A stretch of DNA of 12,688 bases from Oligoflexales bacterium (GTDB lineage: Bacteria; Bdellovibrionota_B; Oligoflexia; Oligoflexales; Bog-1112): positions 1 through 12,688 of the forward strand of contig JBGCDR010000093.1 of the NCBI GenBank assembly GCA_045105515.1, in the 5' to 3' direction. The notes under the pieces were generated by a model. That model was not told the DNA's origin and ran no database searches. It was given only the letters and a program-made list of their open reading frames with translations. A program made the translations under genes and the position numbers. Shown here piece by piece: positions 1-7,711 of the stretch. Positions within the stretch are counted from its first letter, which is position 1; every line of letters starts with the position of its first letter.

Positions 1-35
1 TTCACTTGTCTTTCCGGTAACATGAAAATAAACAT
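1..35 (-). CDS. Possible 5' end of a gene running off the left edge (MFIFMLPERQV...)
   Basis: On the minus strand, GGGAGG (48-43) lies 7 nt before an ATG at 35, and the frame stays open to the window edge. Only 11 codons are visible. Confidence 0.4.
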   Translation of the reverse strand, partial: MFIFMLPERQV

Positions 36-134
36 ATCAAGCCCTCCCAGAATTACGTTTGGGATCAGCTTATCAATATTTACATAATAATCATATAAAA
101 TAATAATATTAGCCGGTTAAAAAATTAGACAACT

Positions 135-251
135 CTAATAAGAGGCTACTAATAAAAATGGGGTTGTGGGTAGTAGTGGGAGGAATATGCCTATGATGCC
201 TAGAGTGGTAGCAAGATGGCCTATCAGCATAAATATTGGTTTTGAAATCAT
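135..251 (-). pseudogene. ybaN: Truncated YbaN/DUF454 family inner-membrane protein (38 aa N-terminal remnant)
   Basis: Manual translation gives MISKPIFMLIGHLATTLGIIGIFLPLLPTTPFLLVASY*, which carries the YbaN hallmark LG.(I/L)G..LP.LPTTPF.L. It starts 9 nt after the radical SAM gene stop, preceded by GGAAAGG. TAG at 137-135 ends it, and I see no homologous continuation in any frame. Confidence 0.8.
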
Positions 252-260
252 CACCTTTCC

Positions 261-1325
261 TTAAAGGTAGAGATTTGGCCTTGTTAAGGGCTTGCGATAG
301 ATCGGTTTAAATCCGAGATTTTCACAATTCTTGAGGATCTTTGCAAAGTCGAGAGAGATCGTAGCCCCTGCTTTTTCCGTAACTTCATCTTCAGTGGGAA
401 CATCAAAATCATTGGCTCCATACTGCAGTCCCAAGAGACCATCTTCGTTGCGGGTCAGAACAGAAGTGCGGATATTTATAAAGTTATGCAGATAGATACG
501 GGAAATCGCAAGCCATCGGAGGTACTCACGGGTGCTTAGTTCTTTTCCACCTAGTTCGTTATTCCAAGGCTTGTATGTCCAGCAAAGAAAGCTGCTTAGC
601 TTTCGATCCACATTCTCTTGAAAGTTTCTCAGCTGTTCAAGGTGGTTGAATCGTTCCTCGTGGCTTTCATCAAAGCCTATAACCATAGTAGCAGTTGAAC
701 CGAGTCCGGCATCCAACACAGCTTTTTGGGCTTTGAAGTAGTCTTCGGTCTTGAATTTGCCAGGGCTGTGTCTTTTTCTGAATTGATCATCGAGGATTTC
801 AGCACCTCCTCCGGTGATCCACTCTGTACCGCTTGCCTTTAAGATTTCAGCACCTTCCTCATAAGAGACCTTGGAAAGCTTGCAACTGAACATAAACTCT
901 GCAATGGTCATTTCATAAAACGTAAGATGAGGATATTTTTTGTGTATCTTTGCAAAAAGAGTTGCGTAGTCCTCAATGTGCAGTTTAGGGTGAAAACCTC
1001 CATTAAATCCTACTAGAGTTCCTCCGTAAGAAGTTAGCTTATCAATGCGCTCGCTGAGTTCCTCAAAGCTTAGCAAGTAGGTGCCTTCTTGATGAGGGAG
1101 TCGATAAAAAGAACAGTAATCACATTTGGCAACGCAAACATTCGTGTAGTTGATAATTGCCATGATTAGGTAAGTTGCTTCATCGGCTTGGTGGAAGCGT
1201 CTCCTTGAGAGGCTGGCGAGCTGAGAAAGCTGGCAATCGCTACCTTCAAGAAAAAGTTGCTCGGCTTCTTGGCGGCTAATGGCTTGCTCTGTTTGGATTT
1301 TTTCTTCGATATTTCTAAAATTCAT
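261..1325 (-). CDS. mqnC: Radical SAM protein, CofH/MqnC family; probable cyclic dehypoxanthine futalosine synthase (menaquinone futalosine pathway)
   Basis: INYTNVCVAKCDYCSF (CxxxCxxC), GGFHP, GGGAEILDD..R, STATMVIG..E..EER..HL..LR..Q and GANDF motifs are typical of the MqnC/MqnE/CofH group and closest to MqnC. Confidence 0.75.
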   Translation of the reverse strand: MNFRNIEEKIQTEQAISRQEAEQLFLEGSDCQLSQLASLSRRRFHQADEATYLIMAIINYTNVCVAKCDYCSFYRLPHQEGTYLLSFEELSERIDKLTSYGGTLVGFNGGFHPKLHIEDYATLFAKIHKKYPHLTFYEMTIAEFMFSCKLSKVSYEEGAEILKASGTEWITGGGAEILDDQFRKRHSPGKFKTEDYFKAQKAVLDAGLGSTATMVIGFDESHEERFNHLEQLRNFQENVDRKLSSFLCWTYKPWNNELGGKELSTREYLRWLAISRIYLHNFINIRTSVLTRNEDGLLGLQYGANDFDVPTEDEVTEKAGATISLDFAKILKNCENLGFKPIYRKPLTRPNLYL

Positions 1326-1530
1326 ACTTGTGATTGATCCTCATTGGTTTTTGCTATAGCTTCTCGGCCTGAGCATAATTCCTGAATCATTGCATAGTTT
1401 ATATATATCCAGTAGTCGTTTCTACACTAAGAAAAACGAAGGCTTGTTTTTTTAATTTAATTGTATTAAAGGGATGCCCAGGCTTGTTCCTGCTTAAGCG
1501 GAAATACAAGCATGTGAGAGGGCGTATGTT

Positions 1531-2022
1531 ATGGATATCCTTTTTTTATTGAAGTTTGAGCAAGAAAACGTGCTCAAACTTCTAGAGGCGTTTAAGGGTC
1601 GGGCTTTAGGGAGTGGCGATGATGTTGCGGTAGCCTATAAAAACTTTAAAGATGCCCTAAACATGTATTTTTCTATTGATGAGGAGTTTTTGTACCAGGA
1701 AATAGGTGAGCTGTTTCCTAATGCTTGTAGGAGCATTGACTATGGTATCAAGCTTCATCGAGAGGTAGGAATCATTTTGGCTAAACTGGATTCTGCACTG
1801 GGCAGTTCTATAGAGAGCTGTGATTTAGCAGAGCTTGTTGAAAGTCTTTGCCAGGCTGTGAATCAACATATTGAGCATCAGCAAGAGCATATTATCCCTC
1901 GCATGCGGGAGAGGATTCCAACGCAGGAACGGGAGGATTTAGCAGAGGTGTTTTCCGAAATAAAGGAAGATCTTGAAAGAGGAAGCTCAGTTTCACGGGC
2001 TTCTGATGAGCTTGTGATCTAG
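1531..2022 (+). CDS. Hemerythrin/HHE-like helical-bundle protein (degenerate metal ligands)
   Basis: All-helical 163 aa protein with YFSIDEEFLY, LHREV and HIEHQQEHIIP at the positions of HHE-domain HxxxEE motifs. GAGAGGG RBS precedes the ATG. Confidence 0.55.
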   Translation: MDILFLLKFEQENVLKLLEAFKGRALGSGDDVAVAYKNFKDALNMYFSIDEEFLYQEIGELFPNACRSIDYGIKLHREVGIILAKLDSALGSSIESCDLAELVESLCQAVNQHIEHQQEHIIPRMRERIPTQEREDLAEVFSEIKEDLERGSSVSRASDELVI

Positions 2023-2041
2023 CGCTTTTCTACGAAAAGCC

Positions 2042-2068
2042 TTGACTGACTCATCATGCTGTTATATT
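2042..2068 (+). promoter_or_regulatory. Candidate sigma70 promoter for rplS
   Basis: TTGACT (2042-2047) and TGt-TATATT, an extended -10 (2060-2068). The spacer is only 15 nt, so the call is tentative. Confidence 0.35.
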
Positions 2069-2143
2069 CATCCTTTTCTTAGAGCGAAGATATAGGCTCT
2101 TATTTCGTGCGAGATGGTCGCTAAATTAGACAGGTTTTGAAAA

Positions 2144-2626
2144 ATGAAAAACAAACTAATCACTCAGTTCGAAGAGCGTGTATTTCCAAAGACGAAGACA
2201 CATCCAAAGTTTCGTCCTGGTGACACGGTACGGGTGAACTATAAGGTAGAAGAGACAGGTAAAAGCACTGATGGAGAGAAGAAGTTCCGTATTCAGGCTT
2301 TTGAGGGAGTTTGTATCCGTTTCAAAAAAGGGACTGTAAACTCTAGTTTCACCATTCGAAAAGTCGGTGCAAATAGTGTTGGCGTTGAGCGTATTTTTCC
2401 AATATGCTCTCCTTACGTTGATAGTATTGAAGTTCTTGCTGGTGGTCGGGTAAGACGTTCACGCTTGTACTACTTGAGAGAATTAAGTGGTAAAGCGGCA
2501 AGGATTCGTTCGCGCAGACTTCCTGCTGACACGCAGCTAAAGACTATCGATCATAATGCAAAGCCTGCTGAGCCTAAAAAGGCTAAAGCAGAGAAGAAGA
2601 AGGCAAAGAAAAAAGTTAAAAAATAA
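2144..2626 (+). CDS. rplS: 50S ribosomal protein L19 with Lys/Ala-rich C-terminal extension
   Basis: [25 protein letters not shown]...[30 protein letters not shown]. Confidence 0.98.
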   Translation: MKNKLITQFEERVFPKTKTHPKFRPGDTVRVNYKVEETGKSTDGEKKFRIQAFEGVCIRFKKGTVNSSFTIRKVGANSVGVERIFPICSPYVDSIEVLAGGRVRRSRLYYLRELSGKAARIRSRRLPADTQLKTIDHNAKPAEPKKAKAEKKKAKKKVKK

Positions 2627-2628
2627 CC

Positions 2629-3036
2629 TTAGCTTTCCAGGCCAATGTCTTCATAATAGTAAAGTCTTATTCCTGATCTCGGGTTGTAAGGCTTTTTCTG
2701 CATTTGATTATTTTCAGTCACAAAACAAGCCAAAGCTAGATCGCATCGTACTGTGTCAAATCTTGGTTGATGCCGGCTGATGTATCCATTAATGCCCTTT
2801 TTGAGGCAGCGCTTCTTTCGTGGGCTAATGATGGTGCTAAGGTCGAGGTCTTTTTTAGCGCGGTTGCGAAATTTTACCTCAATTAATACCAGTGTATTCT
2901 TAGTTAATGAAACAATATCTATCTCAAACCCTAGGTTTCGATAGTTTTGGCATAGGACCTGGTGGCCTTTTCGAGAAATATATTCGGCGACTAGTTGTTC
3001 TGCCACATTGCCGATAGGGAAGAATGCTTCTTGCAC
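2629..3036 (-). CDS. yraN: YraN family (UPF0102) PD-(D/E)XK putative endonuclease
   Basis: G..AEQLVAEY...KG.QVL.QNYR...EIDIV....LVLIEVKFR and RCDL. GTG start with an AAGGAG RBS; adjacent to rnhB as is usual. Confidence 0.88.
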   Translation of the reverse strand: MQEAFFPIGNVAEQLVAEYISRKGHQVLCQNYRNLGFEIDIVSLTKNTLVLIEVKFRNRAKKDLDLSTIISPRKKRCLKKGINGYISRHQPRFDTVRCDLALACFVTENNQMQKKPYNPRSGIRLYYYEDIGLES

Positions 3037-3115
3037 AGTAGTAGCTCCTTTTTCGAGTGGTCTATTCTTATTAAAAGTTAAAGGCAGAATGTTCTAGGGA
3101 CATGGTGGTAAAGTT

Positions 3116-3748
3116 CTAGCTGTAATGAAGGCGATCTCGTATCGGAGCAAAATTTCTGCGATGCAGGGAACAGGCGCCGTACTTCTTAACCGCTTCGATA
3201 TGGGCTTTTGTGCCATAACCGACATGACTATCAAAACCATAATCCGGAAAAGATGCAGCTTGCTCCCGCATGTAGTTGTCACGCGACTCTTTGGCTAATA
3301 TTGAAGCAGCTGCGATACAGTAACAAAGTTGGTCACCCTTAACGATGGTCTTTTGCTCACCTTTATAACCTTCTAACGGTTTGTTGCCGTCAATCAGTAA
3401 ACAGTCAAATGGCTTACTGAGGTCAGTTAAGGAGCGGCGCATTGCTAAGAAAGTAGCACCTACAATTCCCAGACTCTCGATTTCCCTCACCGTAGCGAAG
3501 GAGATTGCCGAAGCGATGGCGATTTCTTCAATCACTGAAATCATCTCAGAACGCTGTTTTTTCGACAGGGTCTTTGAGTCTCTGATCTTTTCTCGAGTTT
3601 TTATTGGTAGACCAACTAGAGCATCATAGTCGAGAATTACGGCCGCTGCGTATACAGGGCCAGCTAGGCAGCCTCGCCCAACTTCATCAAGTCCGGCTGA
3701 AGACAAATGTTTTTGTAAGAGGTGGTATTCAACCTCACCTTTAACCAT
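3116..3748 (-). CDS. rnhB: Ribonuclease HII
   Basis: GLDEVGRGCLAGPV, DSKTLS, LLIDGN, KGD....IAAASILAKESRD, GYGT..H and HRRNF motifs. Confidence 0.97.
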   Translation of the reverse strand: MVKGEVEYHLLQKHLSSAGLDEVGRGCLAGPVYAAAVILDYDALVGLPIKTREKIRDSKTLSKKQRSEMISVIEEIAIASAISFATVREIESLGIVGATFLAMRRSLTDLSKPFDCLLIDGNKPLEGYKGEQKTIVKGDQLCYCIAAASILAKESRDNYMREQAASFPDYGFDSHVGYGTKAHIEAVKKYGACSLHRRNFAPIRDRLHYS

Positions 3749-4077
3749 TAGTTCAGAGCTTTATCTAACATTGCTGAAAGTTTCGCTTTGGGAACTGCTC
3801 CTGCGATTGAATCTTGTACTTCGCCATCTTTAAACAAGACCATAAAAGGGATTGAACGCACTCCATGCTGGGTTGGAATGTGCTTGTTTTCGTCTACATT
3901 CATTTTTGCAATAGCAACCTTCCCTTCGTACTCAGAAGCAAGGTTGTCTAAAGTAGGAGCAATGGCTAAGCAAGGCCCACACCACGGCGCCCAAAAATCT
4001 ACTAAAACAGGTGTGCTAGCTTTTAGTACTTTTTCTTCGAAGTTTTCATCAGTAACGTCTATTGTATTCTCTGACAT
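3748..4077 (-). CDS. trxA: Thioredoxin
   Basis: VLVDFWAPWCGPC active site and GVRSIP cis-Pro motif in a 109 aa protein. AGGAG RBS; its stop overlaps the rnhB start (TAATG). Confidence 0.96.
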   Translation of the reverse strand: MSENTIDVTDENFEEKVLKASTPVLVDFWAPWCGPCLAIAPTLDNLASEYEGKVAIAKMNVDENKHIPTQHGVRSIPFMVLFKDGEVQDSIAGAVPKAKLSAMLDKALN

Positions 4078-4253
4078 GAGTTGCTCCTAATTATTATATG
4101 CACATAGTTTACTATGAGGCATTTAGCGTTGAACCTACAGGATAGCTAAAAATTTGTATAAATAAAGTCTTTATATGGGAAGCGATGCCAGTGCAAATTT
4201 ATGATGTGTTCAAGCTCTCTGAATTTTGACTAAAAGTTTATGTAGAAAAGTTA

Positions 4254-4281
4254 TTGACAAGATTTCACTGATATTTATAAT
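4254..4281 (+). promoter_or_regulatory. Sigma70 promoter with consensus hexamers (TTGACA-N16-TATAAT)
   Basis: TTGACA at 4254-4259 and TATAAT at 4276-4281, with AT-rich sequence upstream. No credible plus-strand CDS lies downstream. Confidence 0.7.
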
Positions 4282-4287
4282 AGTATC

Positions 4288-4388
4288 CGTGTGGTCCTGC
4301 GGAGTCCAGATACTGGGCTCCAGATTACCCCTTACCACAGCTAACCCAGTCTTAATTTTATCTCCGATTTTAAAATAGTGTGGACTTC
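4288..4388 (+). ncRNA. Candidate structured small RNA (family unknown)
   Basis: A GC-richer patch starts directly after the promoter. It has the hairpin GGAGUCCAG-AUA-CUGGGCUCC (4301-4321) inside an outer stem UGUGGU/ACCACA (4290-4295/4334-4339). The 3' end is uncertain. Confidence 0.4.
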
Positions 4389-4658
4389 CTAGTGCTGTCT
4401 TAGGTTTAAGCGCTCGATGATGCGTTTATGGTAGACTTTTAGAGGCAGAGGGCGTTCAGAGTTCAAAGCTTTTTTCTCTGGGATTAAGTCAGAAAGAATT
4501 AAAAGCAGGCGGTCCACGTCGTATTTGCTGGCTTCTAGCCAAGCTTGAACTAAGCTATGGTCTTTGTAAGGTAAGCATGGACCACGTCCTTGCCGTTCTA
4601 AAATAAATTGGCTTACCAATTCGCTTGATGAAAGTTGTTCTAAGTCCATGTAACCCAT
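4389..4658 (-). CDS. Hypothetical protein
   Basis: 89 aa ORF starting 3 nt after the stop of the upstream ORF (operon-like). No motif recognised. Confidence 0.65.
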   Translation of the reverse strand: MGYMDLEQLSSSELVSQFILERQGRGPCLPYKDHSLVQAWLEASKYDVDRLLLILSDLIPEKKALNSERPLPLKVYHKRIIERLNLRQH

Positions 4659-4661
4659 GTT

Positions 4662-5183
4662 TCATGTTCCCTTTAATGTCTTGATGGTAAGGGTAAGCTG
4701 GTCCAATTGGGTTGAAAGAGCATTCAAAGACTCTTCATATCGCTTCATTTCATGGAGGTGGTCATGAATCCTAAGCAAGTTGGCAACTCTAATGGGTATA
4801 GAGTCCATATGTTCTTCTCTCATGATATCGAAGTACCAGTTCATTTCTATTGCTCGATTGAGAACTTCTTTCAAGGTAATAAATGAGGCAGCTGAAATTA
4901 TCAAGGCTGGAACCCAAATAAATCCCTGGGATTCAATTTTTTTGCTGAAGCTAAATAGCCATTGCGGAAAGTTTTCTGCTGGGAGCTTATGGGCATCGAT
5001 AATCAATAGGTCGCATGGTGAAAACTTAGGATCACTTAAGCCCTTGACCTGATGCATGGAAAAGTCACCTCCAAGAAGCTTTAGTCGCTTTTCTAGTGCC
5101 ATGCGTTGAGCGTCAATCACGTGATCTTGAGTGTTGAGGTAACATATCCTTAGGCTTCGGTTTAAATAACCTTTTGATGTCAT
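4662..5183 (-). CDS. Hypothetical protein; atypical response-regulator receiver-like domain plus C-terminal coiled coil
   Basis: LRICYLN / CDLLIID / VPALIISAA pattern resembles receiver beta1/beta3/beta4 strands, followed by a heptad tail (YEESLNALSTQLDQL). I moved the start to the ATG at 5183 because it has a GAGGA RBS. Confidence 0.55.
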   Translation of the reverse strand: MTSKGYLNRSLRICYLNTQDHVIDAQRMALEKRLKLLGGDFSMHQVKGLSDPKFSPCDLLIIDAHKLPAENFPQWLFSFSKKIESQGFIWVPALIISAASFITLKEVLNRAIEMNWYFDIMREEHMDSIPIRVANLLRIHDHLHEMKRYEESLNALSTQLDQLTLTIKTLKGT

Positions 5184-5251
5184 GGGGTGTCCTCGTAAAT
5201 ACACTGGGTTGCTTCTATTATTTTAACAGGATTGTTGGAAGGATCTGCAAT

Positions 5252-6277
5252 ATGCTTGAAGTAAATGCAATAGCCCCTACCCGGGTAGATTTGGTAGGTG
5301 GTACTTTAGATATTTGGCCAATAAATCATGTGCTCGATGCCAAGGGGACCATTAATCTGGGAGTGAGTTTATTTGCTCGCACTTATATACGTGAGCGCGC
5401 TCAAAAAACTTTCTTGATCAAAAGCTTCGATCAAGGCTTTGAATTGGAACTAAGCTACCAAGAGCTTTGTGCAAATAGGTCATTGCCTTTGGTAACTATG
5501 TTGCTAAGCGCATTTTGGCGACAAGATCTGCCTGCTCTTGAGATTCAACTACAAGCTGATTCTCCAAAGGGGGCTGGTCTTGGAGGTTCTTCTTCCTTGG
5601 CTATTAGTATCGCCTCCGCACTGGTAAAGGCTAGGCATATGCTCAATGACGAGCCGTTCATGAACGAGTATCAGCTGGTGCAAACTGTACAAAACCTTGA
5701 GGCGAAATTGCTGCAAATGCCTGCTGGCTGTCAAGATCATTGGGGAGCAGTGAGAGGTGGTTTGAATTATCTTCATTTTCCATTTGAGGGAGTATTTGTT
5801 GAAACATTTCCTCTTAGCGAGTTCGAAGGCCTTGATGATGAACTTATCCTCTGCTTCTGCGGAAAATCAAGATTCTCGGGCATGAATAACTGGGAGCTGT
5901 TCAAACAATTTGGAGATGGAGATACAAAGGTACGTAAAATTTTTTCTGAAATCGGCGGGCTTGCTGCCGAAGCTTATCAATCCATCTTAAAGCGAGATTG
6001 GCAGGGTCTGCTTCAGTATTCTCGGCAAGATTGGGAGCTGAGGAAAATTTTATGTCCTGGAATTGAAACTGAAGAAACTAAACACCTTGATCAGGTAGCT
6101 CTCGAGCATGGAGCATATTTTTCACGTGTGTGCGGTGCGGGTGGGGGAGGTGTGATGGCAGTTTTTTCTCCTAAAGAGAAGCGAGAAGGAATTGTTCATG
6201 CACTAAATGCAAAAGGTGGAACTGTTCTGGAAGGGTCTATATGCGATAAGGGGGTCAGAGTAGAAGGGCAGATATAA
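5252..6277 (+). CDS. GHMP family sugar kinase (HddA/heptose-7-phosphate kinase-like)
   Basis: APTRVDLVGGTLD, PKGAGLGGSS (GHMP motif 2), GCQD and CGAGGGG. The ATG at 5252 after GAAGGA is preferred because it avoids overlap with the divergent gene. Confidence 0.85.
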   Translation: MLEVNAIAPTRVDLVGGTLDIWPINHVLDAKGTINLGVSLFARTYIRERAQKTFLIKSFDQGFELELSYQELCANRSLPLVTMLLSAFWRQDLPALEIQLQADSPKGAGLGGSSSLAISIASALVKARHMLNDEPFMNEYQLVQTVQNLEAKLLQMPAGCQDHWGAVRGGLNYLHFPFEGVFVETFPLSEFEGLDDELILCFCGKSRFSGMNNWELFKQFGDGDTKVRKIFSEIGGLAAEAYQSILKRDWQGLLQYSRQDWELRKILCPGIETEETKHLDQVALEHGAYFSRVCGAGGGGVMAVFSPKEKREGIVHALNAKGGTVLEGSICDKGVRVEGQI

Positions 6278-6353
6278 GGCTTTGTTTTCAGCATGTTTTT
6301 TTTCCCGTTTGATAGTATGATCTTCTTGTTTTTCTTAATAAATAGGAGGTCTT

Positions 6354-6992
6354 ATGCTGAGCCTTGTTCCCAGATGTTCACTGGTTTTATACCTGGTTAT
6401 CTCATCATTAGCCTATGCAAAGGCACCTTTTGATTCCCTAGTGATTCAGACTGGGCGCCGATGGTTTTTTGGTACTTCTAGCTTTTTAGCAAATGAAGTT
6501 AGTGGAACACTGTTCTATGAAATTTCTGGCTTGCCCCTAGAAATGGGTGGGGGCTTCAGCTTTTTCAATATTAAAAAAGAAGGCCTAGATGTACTTGATC
6601 ACTGGGTTAAAGTAGAAGGTGCATGGGGCTACGAAATTTCACTGGAAGCAAAGTTGTGCCTTCCAAATGCTATGTTTGCACTGCCGTTTACTCCCTATCT
6701 TATCTATGCTCATGACCTTTTTTCTGACTACGAAATCAAAGGGCGCACCCAGGTTGGAGGTACAAAATCTCAGGCAAGTACAAATGGCTATAAATTCAAT
6801 GTTGGTGTTGATTTACCAATGAATCCATCTCTAACTATGAATGTAGAATATTCGGTTGGGAGTCAAAGTATAAAGCACAAATATATTCGCAGCTTTTCAG
6901 TTGAAATTGACGATAACGTTAGAAGAGAAGGAAGCGTAGAAGGAAGCCTAGAATCGCAAGCTTTTTTAATAGGCTTGGGCATAAGAGTTTAA
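6354..6992 (+). CDS. Putative outer-membrane beta-barrel protein
   Basis: Signal peptide ending SLAYA, alternating amphipathic strands (YEISLEAKL, YKFNVGVDL, MNVEYSVG) and a C-terminal strand AFLIGLGIRV. AGGAGG RBS. Confidence 0.65.
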   Translation: MLSLVPRCSLVLYLVISSLAYAKAPFDSLVIQTGRRWFFGTSSFLANEVSGTLFYEISGLPLEMGGGFSFFNIKKEGLDVLDHWVKVEGAWGYEISLEAKLCLPNAMFALPFTPYLIYAHDLFSDYEIKGRTQVGGTKSQASTNGYKFNVGVDLPMNPSLTMNVEYSVGSQSIKHKYIRSFSVEIDDNVRREGSVEGSLESQAFLIGLGIRV

Positions 6993-7059
6993 GTAAAACT
7001 ACTTTCTTAAAGTGGGCAAAGGGAGAAAAAAATAAGATTTCGAAGAGTGGAAAGAAGAT

Positions 7060-7509
7060 TTACTGTAACTTGGAATAATTCATTGGATTAGTTGCCATAC
7101 TACTCAAAATTTTATTCTTGAATATAAAAGTCAAAGGAACCTGTTGGTACTTGGTTCTATCAAACAAACCCGGAACGTAGTGTACCTTGAATCCGAATCT
7201 TTCTGTTGTTTCATCGGATTCTTCGATAGAGAACAGATAAACTTTGTATTGATTTCCTTTCTTTGAAACGAAATCTTGTAAGTGGCTCAATTCTTCGAGG
7301 CAGCTATGGCACCATGGAGAATAAAATTTATAAATTATATGCTCTTCCTGATTGTCGTCTAGTTTGTATGGCTTAGGGAGTGAAAGAAAAAGTGTTTCAT
7401 AATAGTTTTTTATTAGCGGATCGATTGTGTCTACCGCAGCGAATTTCTGGGTGCAGCAAGATAAGGTCCAAAGGATTGAAACCAAGCTTAAAATCTTACA
7501 GGGTGTCAT
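7060..7509 (-). CDS. Thioredoxin-like (TlpA/ResA-like) CxxC putative lipoprotein
   Basis: FYSPWCHSCLEEL and QVPLTFIF (cis-Pro) motifs. From the ATG at 7509 the N-terminus is a lipoprotein-like signal, MTPCKILSLVSILWTLSC. Confidence 0.7.
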   Translation of the reverse strand: MTPCKILSLVSILWTLSCCTQKFAAVDTIDPLIKNYYETLFLSLPKPYKLDDNQEEHIIYKFYSPWCHSCLEELSHLQDFVSKKGNQYKVYLFSIEESDETTERFGFKVHYVPGLFDRTKYQQVPLTFIFKNKILSSMATNPMNYSKLQ

Positions 7510-7711
7510 AGTGTTCCCATTTATCTGGTTATTACATAGTAATCTTTCAATGAACAATTAAGCTATAATACTAACTGGGATAGAGGCAATGGATAATTAA
7601 CTTCGTAATTTCTTTATGTTAAACTTCGTCCGAAGGCTCAAGGCTTATCCAAAGTCAATTTCTTCCGAAAACCGCCTATATGATTGAACATCTTAATCAG
7701 TGAGGATCAAT

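Noticed and set aside
187..264. Plus-strand 25 aa ORF (MPMMPRVVARW...) with an apparent GGGAGG RBS
   Set aside because: It is antisense to the ybaN remnant, whose codons explain the G-rich pseudo-RBS.
2024..2040. Hairpin GCTTTTC-TAC-GAAAAGC after the hemerythrin-like gene as an intrinsic terminator
   Set aside because: The stem is AT-rich and has no following U-tract, which is too weak to call.
2556..4090. Short ORFs 2556-2780, 3094-3282, 3381-3629 and 3788-4090
   Set aside because: They overlap well-supported rplS, yraN, rnhB and trxA genes and have no recognisable motifs.
4288..4388. Identification of the structured segment as tRNA, SRP RNA or 6S RNA
   Set aside because: There is no cloverleaf or T-loop, no SRP GGAA/AGCAG helix motif, and it is too short for a confident 6S call. 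Left as an unknown candidate.
7558..7711. Fur box or riboswitch upstream of exbB
   Set aside because: Only short AACTTCGT repeats and a tiny CTTCG/CGAAG stem are present, with no convincing Fur consensus or riboswitch core.
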